64,000 nucleotides of DNA. It comes from Nemertoderma westbladi (taxonomy: Eukaryota > Animalia > Xenacoelomorpha). The DNA is taken from the NCBI GenBank assembly GCA_032718475.1, contig JAUCBJ010007253.1, positions 62,001-126,000 on the forward strand, read 5' to 3'. The position numbers and the translations under genes were made by a program. Positions 33,301 to 48,300 of the stretch are shown one piece after another. The notes under the pieces are model-generated. The model saw nothing but the letters and a program-made list of their open reading frames with translations, was not told where the DNA came from and did no database searches. How positions within the stretch are numbered: the first letter of the stretch is position 1; each line of letters starts with the position of its first letter.

Positions 33301-36300
33301 AAAAACTAACCTGGTATCTTTTGATTTGGATAGTTTTTTTTAGTAATATAAACTAAACTTCTTCTGAGTTGGTTATTTCGTTGTAGTAATAAAAACTAAC
33401 CTGGTATCTTTTGATTTGGATAGTTTTTTGTAGTAATATAAACTAAACTTCTTCTGAGTTGGTTATTTCGTTGTAGTAATAAAAACTAACCTGGTATCTT
33501 TTGATTTGGATAGTTTTTTTTAGTAATATAAACTAAACTTCTTCTGAGTTGGTTATTTCGTTGTAGTAATAAAAACTAACCTGGTATCTTTTGATTTGGA
33601 TAGTTTTTTTTAGTAATATAAACTAAACTTCTTCTGAGTTGGTTATTTTGTTGTAGTAATAAAAACTAACCTGATATCCTTTTGATTTGGATAGTTTTTT
33701 GTATTAATATAAACTAAACTTCTTTTGAGTTGGCTATTTTGTTGTAGTAATAAAAACTAACCTGGTATCTTTTGATTTGGATAGTTTTTTGTAGTAATAT
33801 AAACTAAACTTCTTCTGAGTTGGTTATTTCGTTGTAGTAATAAAAACTAACCTGGTATCTTTTGATTTGGATAGTTTTTTGTAGTAATATAAACTAAACT
33901 TCTTCTGAGTTGGTTATTTCGTTGTAGTAATAAAAACTAACCTGGTATCTTTTGATTTGGATAGTTTTTTTTAGTAATATAAACTAAACTTCTTCTGAGT
34001 TGGTTATTTTGTTGTAGTAATAAAAACTAACCTGGTATCTTTTGATTTGGATAGTTTTTTTTAGTAATATAAACTAAACTTCTTCTGAGTTGGTTATTTC
34101 GTTGTAGTAATAAAAACTAACCTGGTATCTTTTGATTTGGATAGTTTTTTTTAGTAATATAAACTAAACTTCTTCTGAGTTGGTTATTTCGTTGTAGTAA
34201 TAAAAACTAACCTGGTATCTTTTGATTTGGATAGTTTTTTGTAGTAATATAAACTAAACTTCTTCTGAGTTGGTTATTTCGTTGTAGTAATAAAAACTAA
34301 CCTGGTATCTTTTGATTTGGATAGTTTTTTTTAGTAATATAAACTAAACTTCTTCTGAGTTGGTTATTTTGTTGTAGTAATAAAAACTAACCTGATATCC
34401 TTTTGATTTGGATAGTTTTTTGTAGTAATATAAACTAAACTTCTTCTGAGTTGGTTATTTCGTTGTAGTAATAAAAACTAACCTGGTATCTTTTGATTTG
34501 GATAGTTTTTTTTAGTAATATAAACTAAACTTCTTCTGAGTTGGTTATTTCGTTGTAGTAATAAAAACTAACCTGGTATCTTTTGATTTGGATAGTTTTT
34601 TTTAGTAATATAAACTAAACTTCTTCTGAGTTGGTTATTTTGTTGTAGTAATAAAAACTAACCTGATATCCTTTTGATTTGGATAGTTTTTTGTATTAAT
34701 ATAAACTAAACTTCTTTTGAGTTGGTTATTTCGTTGTAGTAATAAAAACTAACCTGGTATCCTTTTGATTTGGATAGTTTTTTGTATTAATATAAACTAA
34801 ACTTCTTTTGAGTTGGTTATTTCGTTGTAGTAATAAAAACTAACCTGATATCTTTTGATTTGGATAGTTTTTTTTAGTAATATAAACTAAACTTCTTCTG
34901 AGTTGGTTATTTTGTTGTAGTAATAAAAACTAACCTGATATCTTTTGATTTGGATAGTTTTTTTTAGTAATATAAACTAAACTTCTTCTGAGTTGGTTAT
35001 TTCGTTGTAGTAATAAAAACTAACCTGATATCTTTTGATTTGAATAGTTTTTTGTATTAATATAAACTAAACTTCTTCTGAGTTGGCTATTTTGTTGTAG
35101 TAATAAAAACTAACCTGATATCCTTTTGATTTGGATAGTTTTTTGTATTAATATAAACTAAACTTCTTTTGAGTTGGTTATTTCGTTGTAGTAATAAAAA
35201 CTAACCTGATATCTTTTGATTTGGATAGTTTTTTTTAGTAATATAAACTAAACTTCTTCTGAGTTGGTTATTTTGTTGTAGTAATAAAAACTAACCTGAT
35301 ATCCTTTTGATTTGGATAGTTTTTTGTATTAATATAAACTAAACTTCTTCTGAGTTGGTTATTTCGTTGTAGTAATAAAAACTAACCTGATATCTTTTGA
35401 TTTGGATAGTTTTTTTTTGTAATATAAACTAAACTTCTTTTGAGTTGGTTATTTCGTTGTAGTAATAAAAACTAACCTGATATCTTTTGATTTGGATAGT
35501 TTTTTTTAGTAATATAAACTAAACTTCTTCTGAGTTGGTTATTTTGTTGTAGTAATAAAAACTAACCTGGTATCTTTTGATTTGGATAGTTTTTTGTATT
35601 AATATAAACTAAACTTCTTTTGAGTTGGCTAATTTGTTGTAGTAATAAAAACTAACCTGGTATGGATTTGGATAGTTTTTTGTAGTAATATAAACTAAAC
35701 TTCTTTTGAGTTGGCTATTTTATTGTAGTAATAAAAACTAACCTGGTATCTTTTGATTTGGATAGTTTTTTGTATTAATATAAACTAAACTTCTTCTGAG
35801 TTGGCTATTTTGTTGTAGTAATAAAAACTAACCTGGTATCTTTTGATTTGGATAGTTTTTTGTAGTAATATAAACTAAACTTCTTCTGAGTTGGTTATTT
35901 CGTTGTAGTAATAAAAACTAACCTGGTATCTTTTGATTTGGATAGTTTTTTGTATTAATATAAACTAAACTTCTTCTGAGTTGGCTATTTTGTTGTAGTA
36001 ATAAAAACTAACCTGATATCCTTTTGATTTGGATAGTTTTTTGTAGTAATATAAACTAAACTTCTTCTGAGTTGGCTATTTTGTTGTAGTAATAAAAACT
36101 AACCTGATATCCTTTTGATTTGGATAGTTTTTTTTAGTAATATAAACTAAACTTCTTCTGAGTTGGCTATTTCGTTGTAGTAATAAAAACTAACCTGGTA
36201 TCCTTTTGATTTGAATAGTTTTTTGTAGTAATATAAACTAAACTTCTTCTGAGTTGGCTATTTTGTTGTAGTAATAAAAACTAACCTGATATCCTTTTGA

Positions 36301-39300
36301 TTTGTATAGTTTTTTGTAGTAATATAAACTAACCTGGTATCTTTTGATTTGGATAGTTTTTTGTAGTAATATAAACTAAACTTCTTTTGAGTTGGCTATT
36401 TTATTGTAGTAATAAAAACTAACCTGGTATCTTTTGATTTGGATAGTTTTTTGTATTAATATAAACTAAACTTCTTCTGAGTTGGCTATTTCGTTGTAGT
36501 AATAAAAACTAACCTGGTATCCTTTTGATTTGAATAGTTTTTTGTAGTAATATAAACTAAACTTCTTCTGAGTTGGCTATTTTGTTGTAGTAATAAAAAC
36601 TAACCTGATATCCTTTTGATTTGTATAGTTTTTTGTAGTAATATAAACTAACCTGGTATCTTTTGATTTGGATAGTTTTTTGTAGTAATATAAACTAAAC
36701 TTCTTTTGAGTTGGCTATTTTATTGTAGTAATAAAAACTAACCTGGTATCTTTTGATTTGGATAGTTTTTTGTATTAATATAAACTAAACTTCTTCTGAG
36801 TTGGCTATTTTGTTGTAGTAATAAAAACTAACCTGGTATCTTTTGATTTGGATAGTTTTTTGTATTAATATAAACTAAACTTCTTCTGAGTTGGCTATTT
36901 TGTTGTAGTAATAAAAACTAACCTGATATCCTTTTGATTTGTATAGTTTTTTGTAGTAATATAAACTAAACTTCTTCTGAGTTGGCTATTTTGTTGTAGT
37001 AATATAAACTAACCTGGTATCTTTTGATTTGGATAGTTTTTTGTAGTAATATAAACTAAACTTCTTTTGAGTTGGCTATTTTATTGTAGTAATAAAAACT
37101 AACCTGGTATCTTTTGATTTGGATAGTTTTTTGTATTAATATAAACTAAACTTCTTCTGAGTTGGCTATTTTGTTGTAGTAATAAAAACTAACCTGGTAT
37201 CTTTTGATTTGGATAGTTTTTTGTATTAATATAAACTAAACTTCTTTTGAGTTGGCTAATTTGTTGTAGTAATAAAAACTAACCTGGTATCTTTTGATTT
37301 GGATAGTTTTTTGTAGTAATATAAACTAAACTTCTTTTGAGTTGGCTATTTTATTGTAGTAATAAAAACTAACCTGATATCTTTTGATTTGGATAGTTTT
37401 TTTTAGTAATATAAACTAAACTTCTTCTGAGTTGGTTATTTTGTTGTAGTAATAAAAACTAACCTGGTATCCTTTTGATTTGGATAGTTTTTTGTAGTAA
37501 TATAAACTAAACTTCTTTTGAGTTGGCTATTTTGTTGTAGTAATAAAAACTAACCTGGTATCCTTTTGATTTGGATAGTTTTTTGTAGTAATATAAACTA
37601 AACTTCTTTTGAGTTGGCTATTTTGTTGTAGTAATAAAAACTGACCTGGTATCTTTTGATTTGGATAGTTTTTTGTATTAATATAAACTAAACTTCTTCT
37701 GAGTTGGCTATTTCGTTGTAGTAATAAAAACTAACCTGGTATCCTTTTGATTTGGATAGTTTTTTGTATTAATATAAACTAAACTTCTTTTGAGTTGGCT
37801 ATTTCGTTGTAGTAATAAAAACTAACCTGATATCCTTTTGATTTGGATAGTTTTTTGTATTAATATAAACTAAACTTCTTCTGAGTTGGTTAATTTGTTG
37901 TAGTAATAAAAACTAACCTGATATCTTTTGATTTGGATAGTTTTTTGTATTAATATAAACTAAACTTCTTCTGAGTTGGCTATTTCGTTGTAGTAATAAA
38001 AACTAACCTGATATCCTTTTGATTTGGATAGTTTTTTGTATTAATATAAACTAAACTTCTTCTGAGTTGGTTATTTCGTTGTAGTAATAAAAACTAACCT
38101 GGTATCCTTTTGATTTGGATAGTTTTTTGTATTAATATAAACTAAACTTCTTCTGAGTTGGCTATTTCGTTGTAGTAATAAAAACTAACCTGGTATCTTT
38201 TGATTTGGATAGTTTTTTGTATTAATATAAACTAAACTTCTTTTGAGTTGGCTAATTTGTTGTAGTAATAAAAACTAACCTGGTATCTTTTGATTTGGAT
38301 AGTTTTTTGTAGTAATATAAACTAAACTTCTTTTGAGTTGGCTATTTTATTGTAGTAATAAAAACTAACCTGATATCTTTTGATTTGGATAGTTTTTTTT
38401 AGTAATATAAACTAAACTTCTTCTGAGTTGGCTATTTCGTTGTAGTAATAAAAACTAACCTGGTATCCTTTTGATTTGGATAGTTTTTTGTATTAATATA
38501 AACTAAACTTCTTCTGAGTTGGTTATTTCGTTGTAGTAATAAAAACTAACCTGATATCTTTTGATTTGGATAGTTTTTTGTAGTAATATAAACTAAACTT
38601 CTTCTGAGTTGGTTATTTCGTTGTAGTAATAAAAACTAACCTGGTATCCTTTTGATTTGGATAGTTTTTTGTATTAATATAAACTAAACTTCTTCTGAGT
38701 TGGCTATTTTGTTGTATTAATATAAACTAAACTTCTTCTGAGTTGGCTATTTTGTTGTAGTAATAAAAACTAACCTGATATCTTTTGATTTGGATAGTTT
38801 TTTGTATTAATATAAACTAAACTTCTTCTGAGTTGGCTATTTCGTTGTAGTAATAAAAACTAACCTGATATCCTTTTGATTTGGATAGTTTTTTGTATTA
38901 ATATAAACTAAACTTCTTCTGAGTTGGCTATTTCGTTGTAGTAATAAAAACTAACCTGGTATCTTTTGATTTGTATAGTTTTTTGTATTAATATAAACTA
39001 AACTTCTTCTGAGTTGGCTATTTCGTTGTAGTAATAAAAACTAACCTGGTATCCTTTTGATTTGGATAGTTTTTTGTATTAATATAGACTAAACTTCTTC
39101 TGAGTTGGCTATTTCGTTGTAGTAATAAAAACTAACCTGGTATCTTTTGATTTGTATAGTTTTTTGTATTAATATAAACTAAACTTCTTCTGAGTTGGCT
39201 ATTTTATTGTAGTAATAAAAACTAACCTGATATCTTTTGATTTGGATAGTTTTTTGTATTAATATAAACTAAACTTCTTCTGAGTTGGCTATTTTATTGT

Positions 39301-42300
39301 AGTAATAAAAACTAACCTGATATCTTTTGATTTGGATAGTTTTTTGTATTAATATAAACTAAACTTCTTTTGAGTTGGCTATTTCGTTGTAGTAATAAAA
39401 ACTAACCTGGTATCCTTTTGATTTGGATAGTTTTTTGTATTAATATAAACTAAACTTCTTCTGAGTTGGCTATTTTGTTGTAGTAATAAAAACTAACCTG
39501 ATATCTTTTGATTTGGATAGTTTTTTGTATTAATATAAACTAAACTTCTTCTGAGTTGGCTATTTCGTTGTAGTAATAAAAACTAACCTGGTATCTTTTG
39601 ATTTGTATAGTTTTTTGTATTAATATAAACTAAACTTCTTCTGAGTTGGCTATTTTATTGTAGTAATAAAAACTAACCTGATATCTTTTGATTTGGATAG
39701 TTTTTTGTATTAATATAAACTAAACTTCTTCTGAGTTGGCTATTTTATTGTAGTAATAAAAACTAACCTGATATCTTTTGATTTGGATAGTTTTTTGTAT
39801 TAATATAAACTAAACTTCTTTTGAGTTGGCTATTTCGTTGTAGTAATAAAAACTAACCTGGTATCCTTTTGATTTGGATAGTTTTTTGTATTAATATAAA
39901 CTAAACTTCTTCTGAGTTGGCTATTTCGTTGTAGTAATAAAAACTAACCTGGTATCTTTTGATTTGAATAGTTTTTTGTAGTAATATAAACTAAACTTCT
40001 TCTGAGTTGGCTATTTCGTTGTAGTAATAAAAACTAACCTGGTATCCTTTTGATTTGGATAGTTTTTTGTATTAATATAAACTAAACTTCTTCTGAGTTG
40101 GCTATTTCGTTGTAGTAATAAAAACTAACCTGGTATCTTTTGATTTGGATAGTTTTTTGTATTAATATAAACTAAACTTCTTCTGAGTTGGCTATTTCGT
40201 TGTAGTAATAAAAACTAACCTGGTATCTTTTGATTTGGATAGTTTTTTGTATTAATATAAACTAAACTTCTTCTGAGTTGGCTATTTCGTTGTAGTAATA
40301 AAAACTAACCTGGTATCTTTTGATTTGTATAGTTTTTTGTATTAATATAAACTAAACTTCTTCTGAGTTGGTTATTTTGTTGTAGTAATAAAAACTAACC
40401 TGGTATCTTTTGATTTGGATAGTTTTTTGTAGTAATATAAACTAAACTTCTTTTGAGTTGGCTATTTTATTGTAGTAATAAAAACTAACCTGATATCTTT
40501 TGATTTGGATAGTTTTTTTTAGTAATATAAACTAAACTTCTTTTGAGTTGGCTATTTCGTTGTAGTAATAAAAACTAACCTGATATCCTTTTGATTTGGA
40601 TAGTTTTTTGTATTAATATAAACTAAACTTCTTCTGAGTTGGCTATTTCGTTGTAGTAATAAAAACTAACCTGATATCTTTTGATTTGGATAGTTTTTTG
40701 TATTAATATAAACTAAACTTCTTCTGAGTTGGCTATTTTATTGTAGTAATAAAAACTAACCTGATATCTTTTGATTTGAATAGTTTTTTGTAGTAATATA
40801 AACTAAACTTCTTCTGAGTTGGCTATTTCGTTGTAGTAATAAAAACTAACCTGATATCCTTTTGATTTGGATAGTTTTTTGTATTAATATAAACTAAACT
40901 TCTTTTGAGTTGGTTATTTTGTTGTAGTAATAAAAACTAACCTGATATCTTTTGATTTGAATAGTTTTTTGTATTAATATAAACTAAACTTCTTCTGAGT
41001 TGGCTATTTTATTGTAGTAATAAAAACTAACCTGGTATCCTTTTGATTTGGATAGTTTTTTGTATTAATATAAACTAAACTTCTTCTGAGTTGGCTATTT
41101 TATTGTAGTAATAAAAACTAACCTGGTATCTTTTGATTTGGATAGTTTTTTGTATTAATATAAACTAAACTTCTTCTGAGTTGGCTATTTTATTGTAGTA
41201 ATAAAAACTAACCTGGTATCCTTTTGATTTGGATAGTTTTTTGTATTAATATAAACTAAACTTCTTCTGAGTTGGCTATTTTATTGTAGTAATAAAAACT
41301 AACCTGGTATCTTTTGATTTGGATAGTTTTTTGTATTAATATAAACTAAACTTCTTCTGAGTTGGCTATTTTATTGTAGTAATAAAAACTAACCTGGTAT
41401 CCTTTTGATTTGGATAGTTTTTTGTATTAATATAAACTAAACTTCTTCTGAGTTGGCTATTTTATTGTAGTAATAAAAACTAACCTGGTATCTTTTGATT
41501 TGGATAGTTTTTTGTATTAATATAAACTAAACTTCTTCTGAGTTGGCTATTTTATTGTAGTAATAAAAACTAACCTGGTATCCTTTTGATTTGGATAGTT
41601 TTTTGTATTAATATAAACTAAACTTCTTCTGAGTTGGCTATTTTATTGTAGTAATAAAAACTAACCTGGTATCCTTTTGATTTGGATAGTTTTTTGTATT
41701 AATATAAACTAAACTTCTTCTGAGTTGGCTATTTTATTGTAGTAATAAAAACTAACCTGGTATCCTTTTGATTTGGATAGTTTTTTGTATTAATATAAAC
41801 TAAACTTCTTCTGAGTTGGCTATTTTATTGTAGTAATAAAAACTAACCTGGTATCTTTTGATTTGGATAGTTTTTTGTATTAATATAAACTAAACTTCTT
41901 CTGAGTTGGCTATTTTATTGTAGTAATAAAAACTAACCTGGTATCCTTTTGATTTGGATAGTTTTTTGTATTAATATAAACTAAACTTCTTCTGAGTTGG
42001 CTATTTTATTGTAGTAATAAAAACTAACCTGGTATCTTTTGATTTGGATAGTTTTTTGTATTAATATAAACTAAACTTCTTCTGAGTTGGCTATTTTATT
42101 GTAGTAATAAAAACTAACCTGGTATCCTTTTGATTTGGATAGTTTTTTGTATTAATATAAACTAAACTTCTTCTGAGTTGGCTATTTTATTGTAGTAATA
42201 AAAACTAACCTGGTATCTTTTGATTTGGATAGTTTTTTGTATTAATATAAACTAAACTTCTTCTGAGTTGGCTATTTTATTGTAGTAATAAAAACTAACC

Positions 42301-45300
42301 TGGTATCCTTTTGATTTGGATAGTTTTTTGTATTAATATAAACTAAACTTCTTCTGAGTTGGCTATTTTATTGTAGTAATAAAAACTAACCTGGTATCTT
42401 TTGATTTGGATAGTTTTTTGTATTAATATAAACTAAACTTCTTCTGAGTTGGCTATTTTATTGTAGTAATAAAAACTAACCTGGTATCCTTTTGATTTGG
42501 ATAGTTTTTTGTATTAATATAAACTAAACTTCTTCTGAGTTGGCTATTTTATTGTAGTAATAAAAACTAACCTGGTATCCTTTTGATTTGGATAGTTTTT
42601 TGTATTAATATAAACTAAACTTCTTCTGAGTTGGCTATTTTATTGTAGTAATAAAAACTAACCTGGTATCCTTTTGATTTGGATAGTTTTTTGTATTAAT
42701 ATAAACTAAACTTCTTCTGAGTTGGCTATTTTATTGTAGTAATAAAAACTAACCTGGTATCTTTTGATTTGGATAGTTTTTTGTATTAATATAAACTAAA
42801 CTTCTTCTGAGTTGGCTATTTTATTGTAGTAATAAAAACTAACCTGGTATCCTTTTGATTTGGATAGTTTTTTGTATTAATATAAACTAAACTTCTTCTG
42901 AGTTGGCTATTTTATTGTAGTAATAAAAACTAACCTGGTATCTTTTGATTTGGATAGTTTTTTGTATTAATATAAACTAAACTTCTTCTGAGTTGGCTAT
43001 TTTATTGTAGTAATAAAAACTAACCTGGTATCCTTTTGATTTGGATAGTTTTTTGTATTAATATAAACTAAACTTCTTCTGAGTTGGCTATTTTATTGTA
43101 GTAATAAAAACTAACCTGGTATCCTTTTGATTTGGATAGTTTTTTGTATTAATATAAACTAAACTTCTTCTGAGTTGGCTATTTTATTGTAGTAATAAAA
43201 ACTAACCTGGTATCCTTTTGATTTGGATAGTTTTTTGTATTAATATAAACTAAACTTCTTCTGAGTTGGCTATTTTATTGTAGTAATAAAAACTAACCTG
43301 GTATCTTTTGATTTGGATAGTTTTTTGTATTAATATAAACTAAACTTCTTCTGAGTTGGCTATTTTATTGTAGTAATAAAAACTAACCTGGTATCCTTTT
43401 GATTTGGATAGTTTTTTGTATTAATATAAACTAAACTTCTTCTGAGTTGGCTATTTTATTGTAGTAATAAAAACTAACCTGATATCTTTTGATTTGGATA
43501 GTTTTTTGTATTAATATAAACTAAACTTCTTCTGAGTTGGCTATTTTATTGTAGTAATAAAAACTAACCTGATATCTTTTGATTTGGATAGTTTTTTGTA
43601 TTAATATAAACTAAACTTCTTTTGAGTTGGCTATTTCGTTGTAGTAATAAAAACTAACCTGGTATCCTTTTGATTTGGATAGTTTTTTGTATTAATATAA
43701 ACTAAACTTCTTCTGAGTTGGCTATTTTGTTGTAGTAATAAAAACTAACCTGATATCTTTTGATTTGGATAGTTTTTTGTATTAATATAAACTAAACTTC
43801 TTCTGAGTTGGCTATTTCGTTGTAGTAATAAAAACTAACCTGGTATCTTTTGATTTGTATAGTTTTTTGTATTAATATAAACTAAACTTCTTCTGAGTTG
43901 GCTATTTTATTGTAGTAATAAAAACTAACCTGATATCTTTTGATTTGGATAGTTTTTTGTATTAATATAAACTAAACTTCTTCTGAGTTGGCTATTTTAT
44001 TGTAGTAATAAAAACTAACCTGATATCTTTTGATTTGGATAGTTTTTTGTATTAATATAAACTAAACTTCTTTTGAGTTGGCTATTTCGTTGTAGTAATA
44101 AAAACTAACCTGGTATCCTTTTGATTTGGATAGTTTTTTGTATTAATATAAACTAAACTTCTTCTGAGTTGGCTATTTCGTTGTAGTAATAAAAACTAAC
44201 CTGGTATCTTTTGATTTGAATAGTTTTTTGTAGTAATATAAACTAAACTTCTTCTGAGTTGGCTATTTCGTTGTAGTAATAAAAACTAACCTGGTATCCT
44301 TTTGATTTGGATAGTTTTTTGTATTAATATAAACTAAACTTCTTCTGAGTTGGCTATTTCGTTGTAGTAATAAAAACTAACCTGGTATCTTTTGATTTGG
44401 ATAGTTTTTTGTATTAATATAAACTAAACTTCTTCTGAGTTGGCTATTTCGTTGTAGTAATAAAAACTAACCTGGTATCTTTTGATTTGGATAGTTTTTT
44501 GTATTAATATAAACTAAACTTCTTCTGAGTTGGCTATTTCGTTGTAGTAATAAAAACTAACCTGGTATCTTTTGATTTGTATAGTTTTTTGTATTAATAT
44601 AAACTAAACTTCTTCTGAGTTGGTTATTTTGTTGTAGTAATAAAAACTAACCTGGTATCTTTTGATTTGGATAGTTTTTTGTAGTAATATAAACTAAACT
44701 TCTTTTGAGTTGGCTATTTTATTGTAGTAATAAAAACTAACCTGATATCTTTTGATTTGGATAGTTTTTTTTAGTAATATAAACTAAACTTCTTTTGAGT
44801 TGGCTATTTCGTTGTAGTAATAAAAACTAACCTGATATCCTTTTGATTTGGATAGTTTTTTGTATTAATATAAACTAAACTTCTTCTGAGTTGGCTATTT
44901 CGTTGTAGTAATAAAAACTAACCTGATATCCTTTTGATTTGGATAGTTTTTTGTATTAATATAAACTAAACTTCTTTTGAGTTGGCTATTTTATTGTAGT
45001 AATAAAAACTAACCTGATATCTTTTGATTTGGATAGTTTTTTTTAGTAATATAAACTAAACTTCTTTTGAGTTGGCTATTTCGTTGTAGTAATAAAAACT
45101 AACCTGATATCTTTTGATTTGGATAGTTTTTTGTAGTAATATAAACTAAACTTCTTCTGAGTTGGTTATTTCGTTGTAGTAATAAAAACTAACCTGATAT
45201 CCTTTTGATTTGGATAGTTTTTTGTATTAATATAAACTAAACTTCTTCTGAGTTGGCTATTTTGTTGTAGTAATAAAAACTAACCTGGTATCTTTTGATT

Positions 45301-48300
45301 TGGATAGTTTTTTGTAGTAATATAAACTAAACTTCTTTTGAGTTGGCTATTTTATTGTAGTAATAAAAACTAACCTGATATCTTTTGATTTGGATAGTTT
45401 TTTTTAGTAATATAAACTAAACTTCTTCTGAGTTGGTTATTTTGTTGTAGTAATAAAAACTAACCTGATATCTTTTGATTTGTATAGTTTTTTGTATTAA
45501 TATAAACTAAACTTCTTTTGAGATGGCTATTTCGTTGTAGTAATAAAAACTAAACTTCTTTTGAGTTGGCTATTTTATTGTAGTAATAAAAACTAACCTG
45601 GTATCTTTTGATTTGGATAGTTTTTTTAGTAATATAAACTAAACTTCTTCTGAGTTGGTTATTTTGTTGTAGTAATAAAAACTAACCTGATATCTTTTGA
45701 TTTGTATAGTTTTTTGTATTAATATAAACTAAACTTCTTTTGAGATGGCTATTTCGTTGTAGTAATATAAACTAAACTTCTTTTGAGTTGGCTATTTTAT
45801 TGTAGTAATAAAAACTAACCTGGTATCTTTTGATTTGGATAGTTTTTTTTAGTAATATAAACTAAACTTCTTCTGAGTTGGTTATTTTGTTGTAGTAATA
45901 AAAACTAACCTGATATCTTTTGATTTGTATAGTTTTTTGTATTAATATAAACTAAACTTCTTTTGAGATGGCTATTTTGTTGTAGTAATAAAAACTAACC
46001 TGGTATCTTTTGATTTGGATAGTTTTTTGTAGTAATATAAACTAAACTTCTTTTGAGTTGGCTATTTTATTGTAGTAATAAAAACTAACCTGATATCTTT
46101 TGATTTGGATAGTTTTTTGTATTAATATAAACTAAACTTCTTTTGAGATGGCTATTTTGTTGTAGTAATAAAAACTAACCTGGTATCTTTTGATTTGGAT
46201 AGTTTTTTGTAGTAATATAAACTAAACTTCTTTTGAGTTGGCTATTTTATTGTAGTAATAAAAACTAACCTGATATCTTTTGATTTGGATAGTTTTTTTT
46301 AGTAATATAAACTAAACTTCTTCTGAGTTGGTTATTTTGTTGTAGTAATAAAAACTAACCTGATATCTTTTGATTTGTATAGTTTTTTGTATTAATATAA
46401 ACTAAACTTCTTTTGAGATGGCTATTTTGTTGTAGTAATAAAAACTAACCTGGTATCTTTTGATTTGGATAGTTTTTTGTAGTAATATAAACTAAACTTC
46501 TTTTGAGTTGGCTATTTTATTGTAGTAATAAAAACTAACCTGATATCTTTTGATTTGGATAGTTTTTTTTAGTAATATAAACTAAACTTCTTCTGAGTTG
46601 GTTATTTTGTTGTAGTAATAAAAACTAACCTGATATCTTTTGATTTGTATAGTTTTTTGTATTAATATAAACTAAACTTCTTTTGAGATGGCTATTTCGT
46701 TGTAGTAATAAAAACTAAACTTCTTTTGAGTTGGCTATTTTATTGTAGTAATAAAAACTAACCTGGTATCTTTTGATTTGGATAGTTTTTTTTAGTAATA
46801 TAAACTAAACTTCTTCTGAGTTGGTTATTTTGTTGTAGTAATAAAAACTAACCTGATATCTTTTGATTTGTATAGTTTTTTGTATTAATATAAACTAAAC
46901 TTCTTTTGAGATGGCTATTTCGTTGTAGTAATATAAACTAAACTTCTTTTGAGTTGGCTATTTTATTGTAGTAATAAAAACTAACCTGGTATCTTTTGAT
47001 TTGGATAGTTTTTTTTAGTAATATAAACTAAACTTCTTCTGAGTTGGTTATTTTGTTGTAGTAATAAAAACTAACCTGATATCTTTTGATTTGTATAGTT
47101 TTTTGTATTAATATAAACTAAACTTCTTTTGAGTTGGCTATTTTATTGTAGTAATAAAAACTAACCTGGTATCTTTTGATTTGGATAGTTTTTTTTAGTA
47201 ATATAAACTAAACTTCTTCTGAGTTGGTTATTTTGTTGTAGTAATAAAAACTAACCTGATATCTTTTTGATTTGAATAGTTTTTTGTATTAATATAAACT
47301 AAACTTCTTCTGAGTTGGCTATTTCGTTGTAGTAATAAAAACTAACCTGATATCTTTTGATTTGAATAGTTTTTTGTATTAATATAAACTAAACTTCTTC
47401 TGAGTTGGTTATTTTATTGTAGTAATAAAAACTAACCTGATATCCTTTTGATTTGGATAGTTTTTTGTATTAATATAAACTAAACTTCTTCTGAGTTGGC
47501 TATTTTGTTGTAGTAATAAAAACTAACCTGGTATCTTTTGATTTGGATAGTTTTTTGTAGTAATATAAACTAAACTTCTTTTGAGTTGGCTATTTTATTG
47601 TAGTAATAAAAACTAACCTGATATCTTTTGATTTGGATAGTTTTTTTTAGTAATATAAACTAAACTTCTTCTGAGTTGGCTATTTCGTTGTAGTAATAAA
47701 AACTAACCTGATATCCTTTTGATTTGGATAGTTTTTTGTATTAATATAAACTAAACTTCTTTTGAGTTGGTTATTTCGTTGTAGTAATAAAAACTAACCT
47801 GGTATCTTTTGATTTGGATAGTTTTTTTTAGTAATATAAACTAAACTTCTTCTGAGTTGGTTATTTTGTTGTAGTAATAAAAACTAACCTGATATCTTTT
47901 GATTTGAATAGTTTTTTGTATTAATATAAACTAAACTTCTTCTGAGTTGGCTATTTTGTTGTAGTAATAAAAACTAACCTGATATCTTTTGATTTGGATA
48001 GTTTTTTTTAGTAATATAAACTAAACTTCTTCTGAGTTGGCTATTTCGTTGTAGTAATAAAAACTAACCTGGTATCTTTTGATTTGGATAGTTTTTTTTA
48101 GTAATATAAACTAAACTTCTTCTGAGTTGGTTATTTTGTTGTAGTAATAAAAACTAACCTGGTATCCTTTTGATTTGGATAGTTTTTTGTATTAATATAA
48201 ACTAAACTTCTTCTGAGTTGGCTATTTCGTTGTAGTAATAAAAACTAACCTGATATCATTTGATTTGAATAGTTTTTTGTAGTAATATAAACTAAACTTC

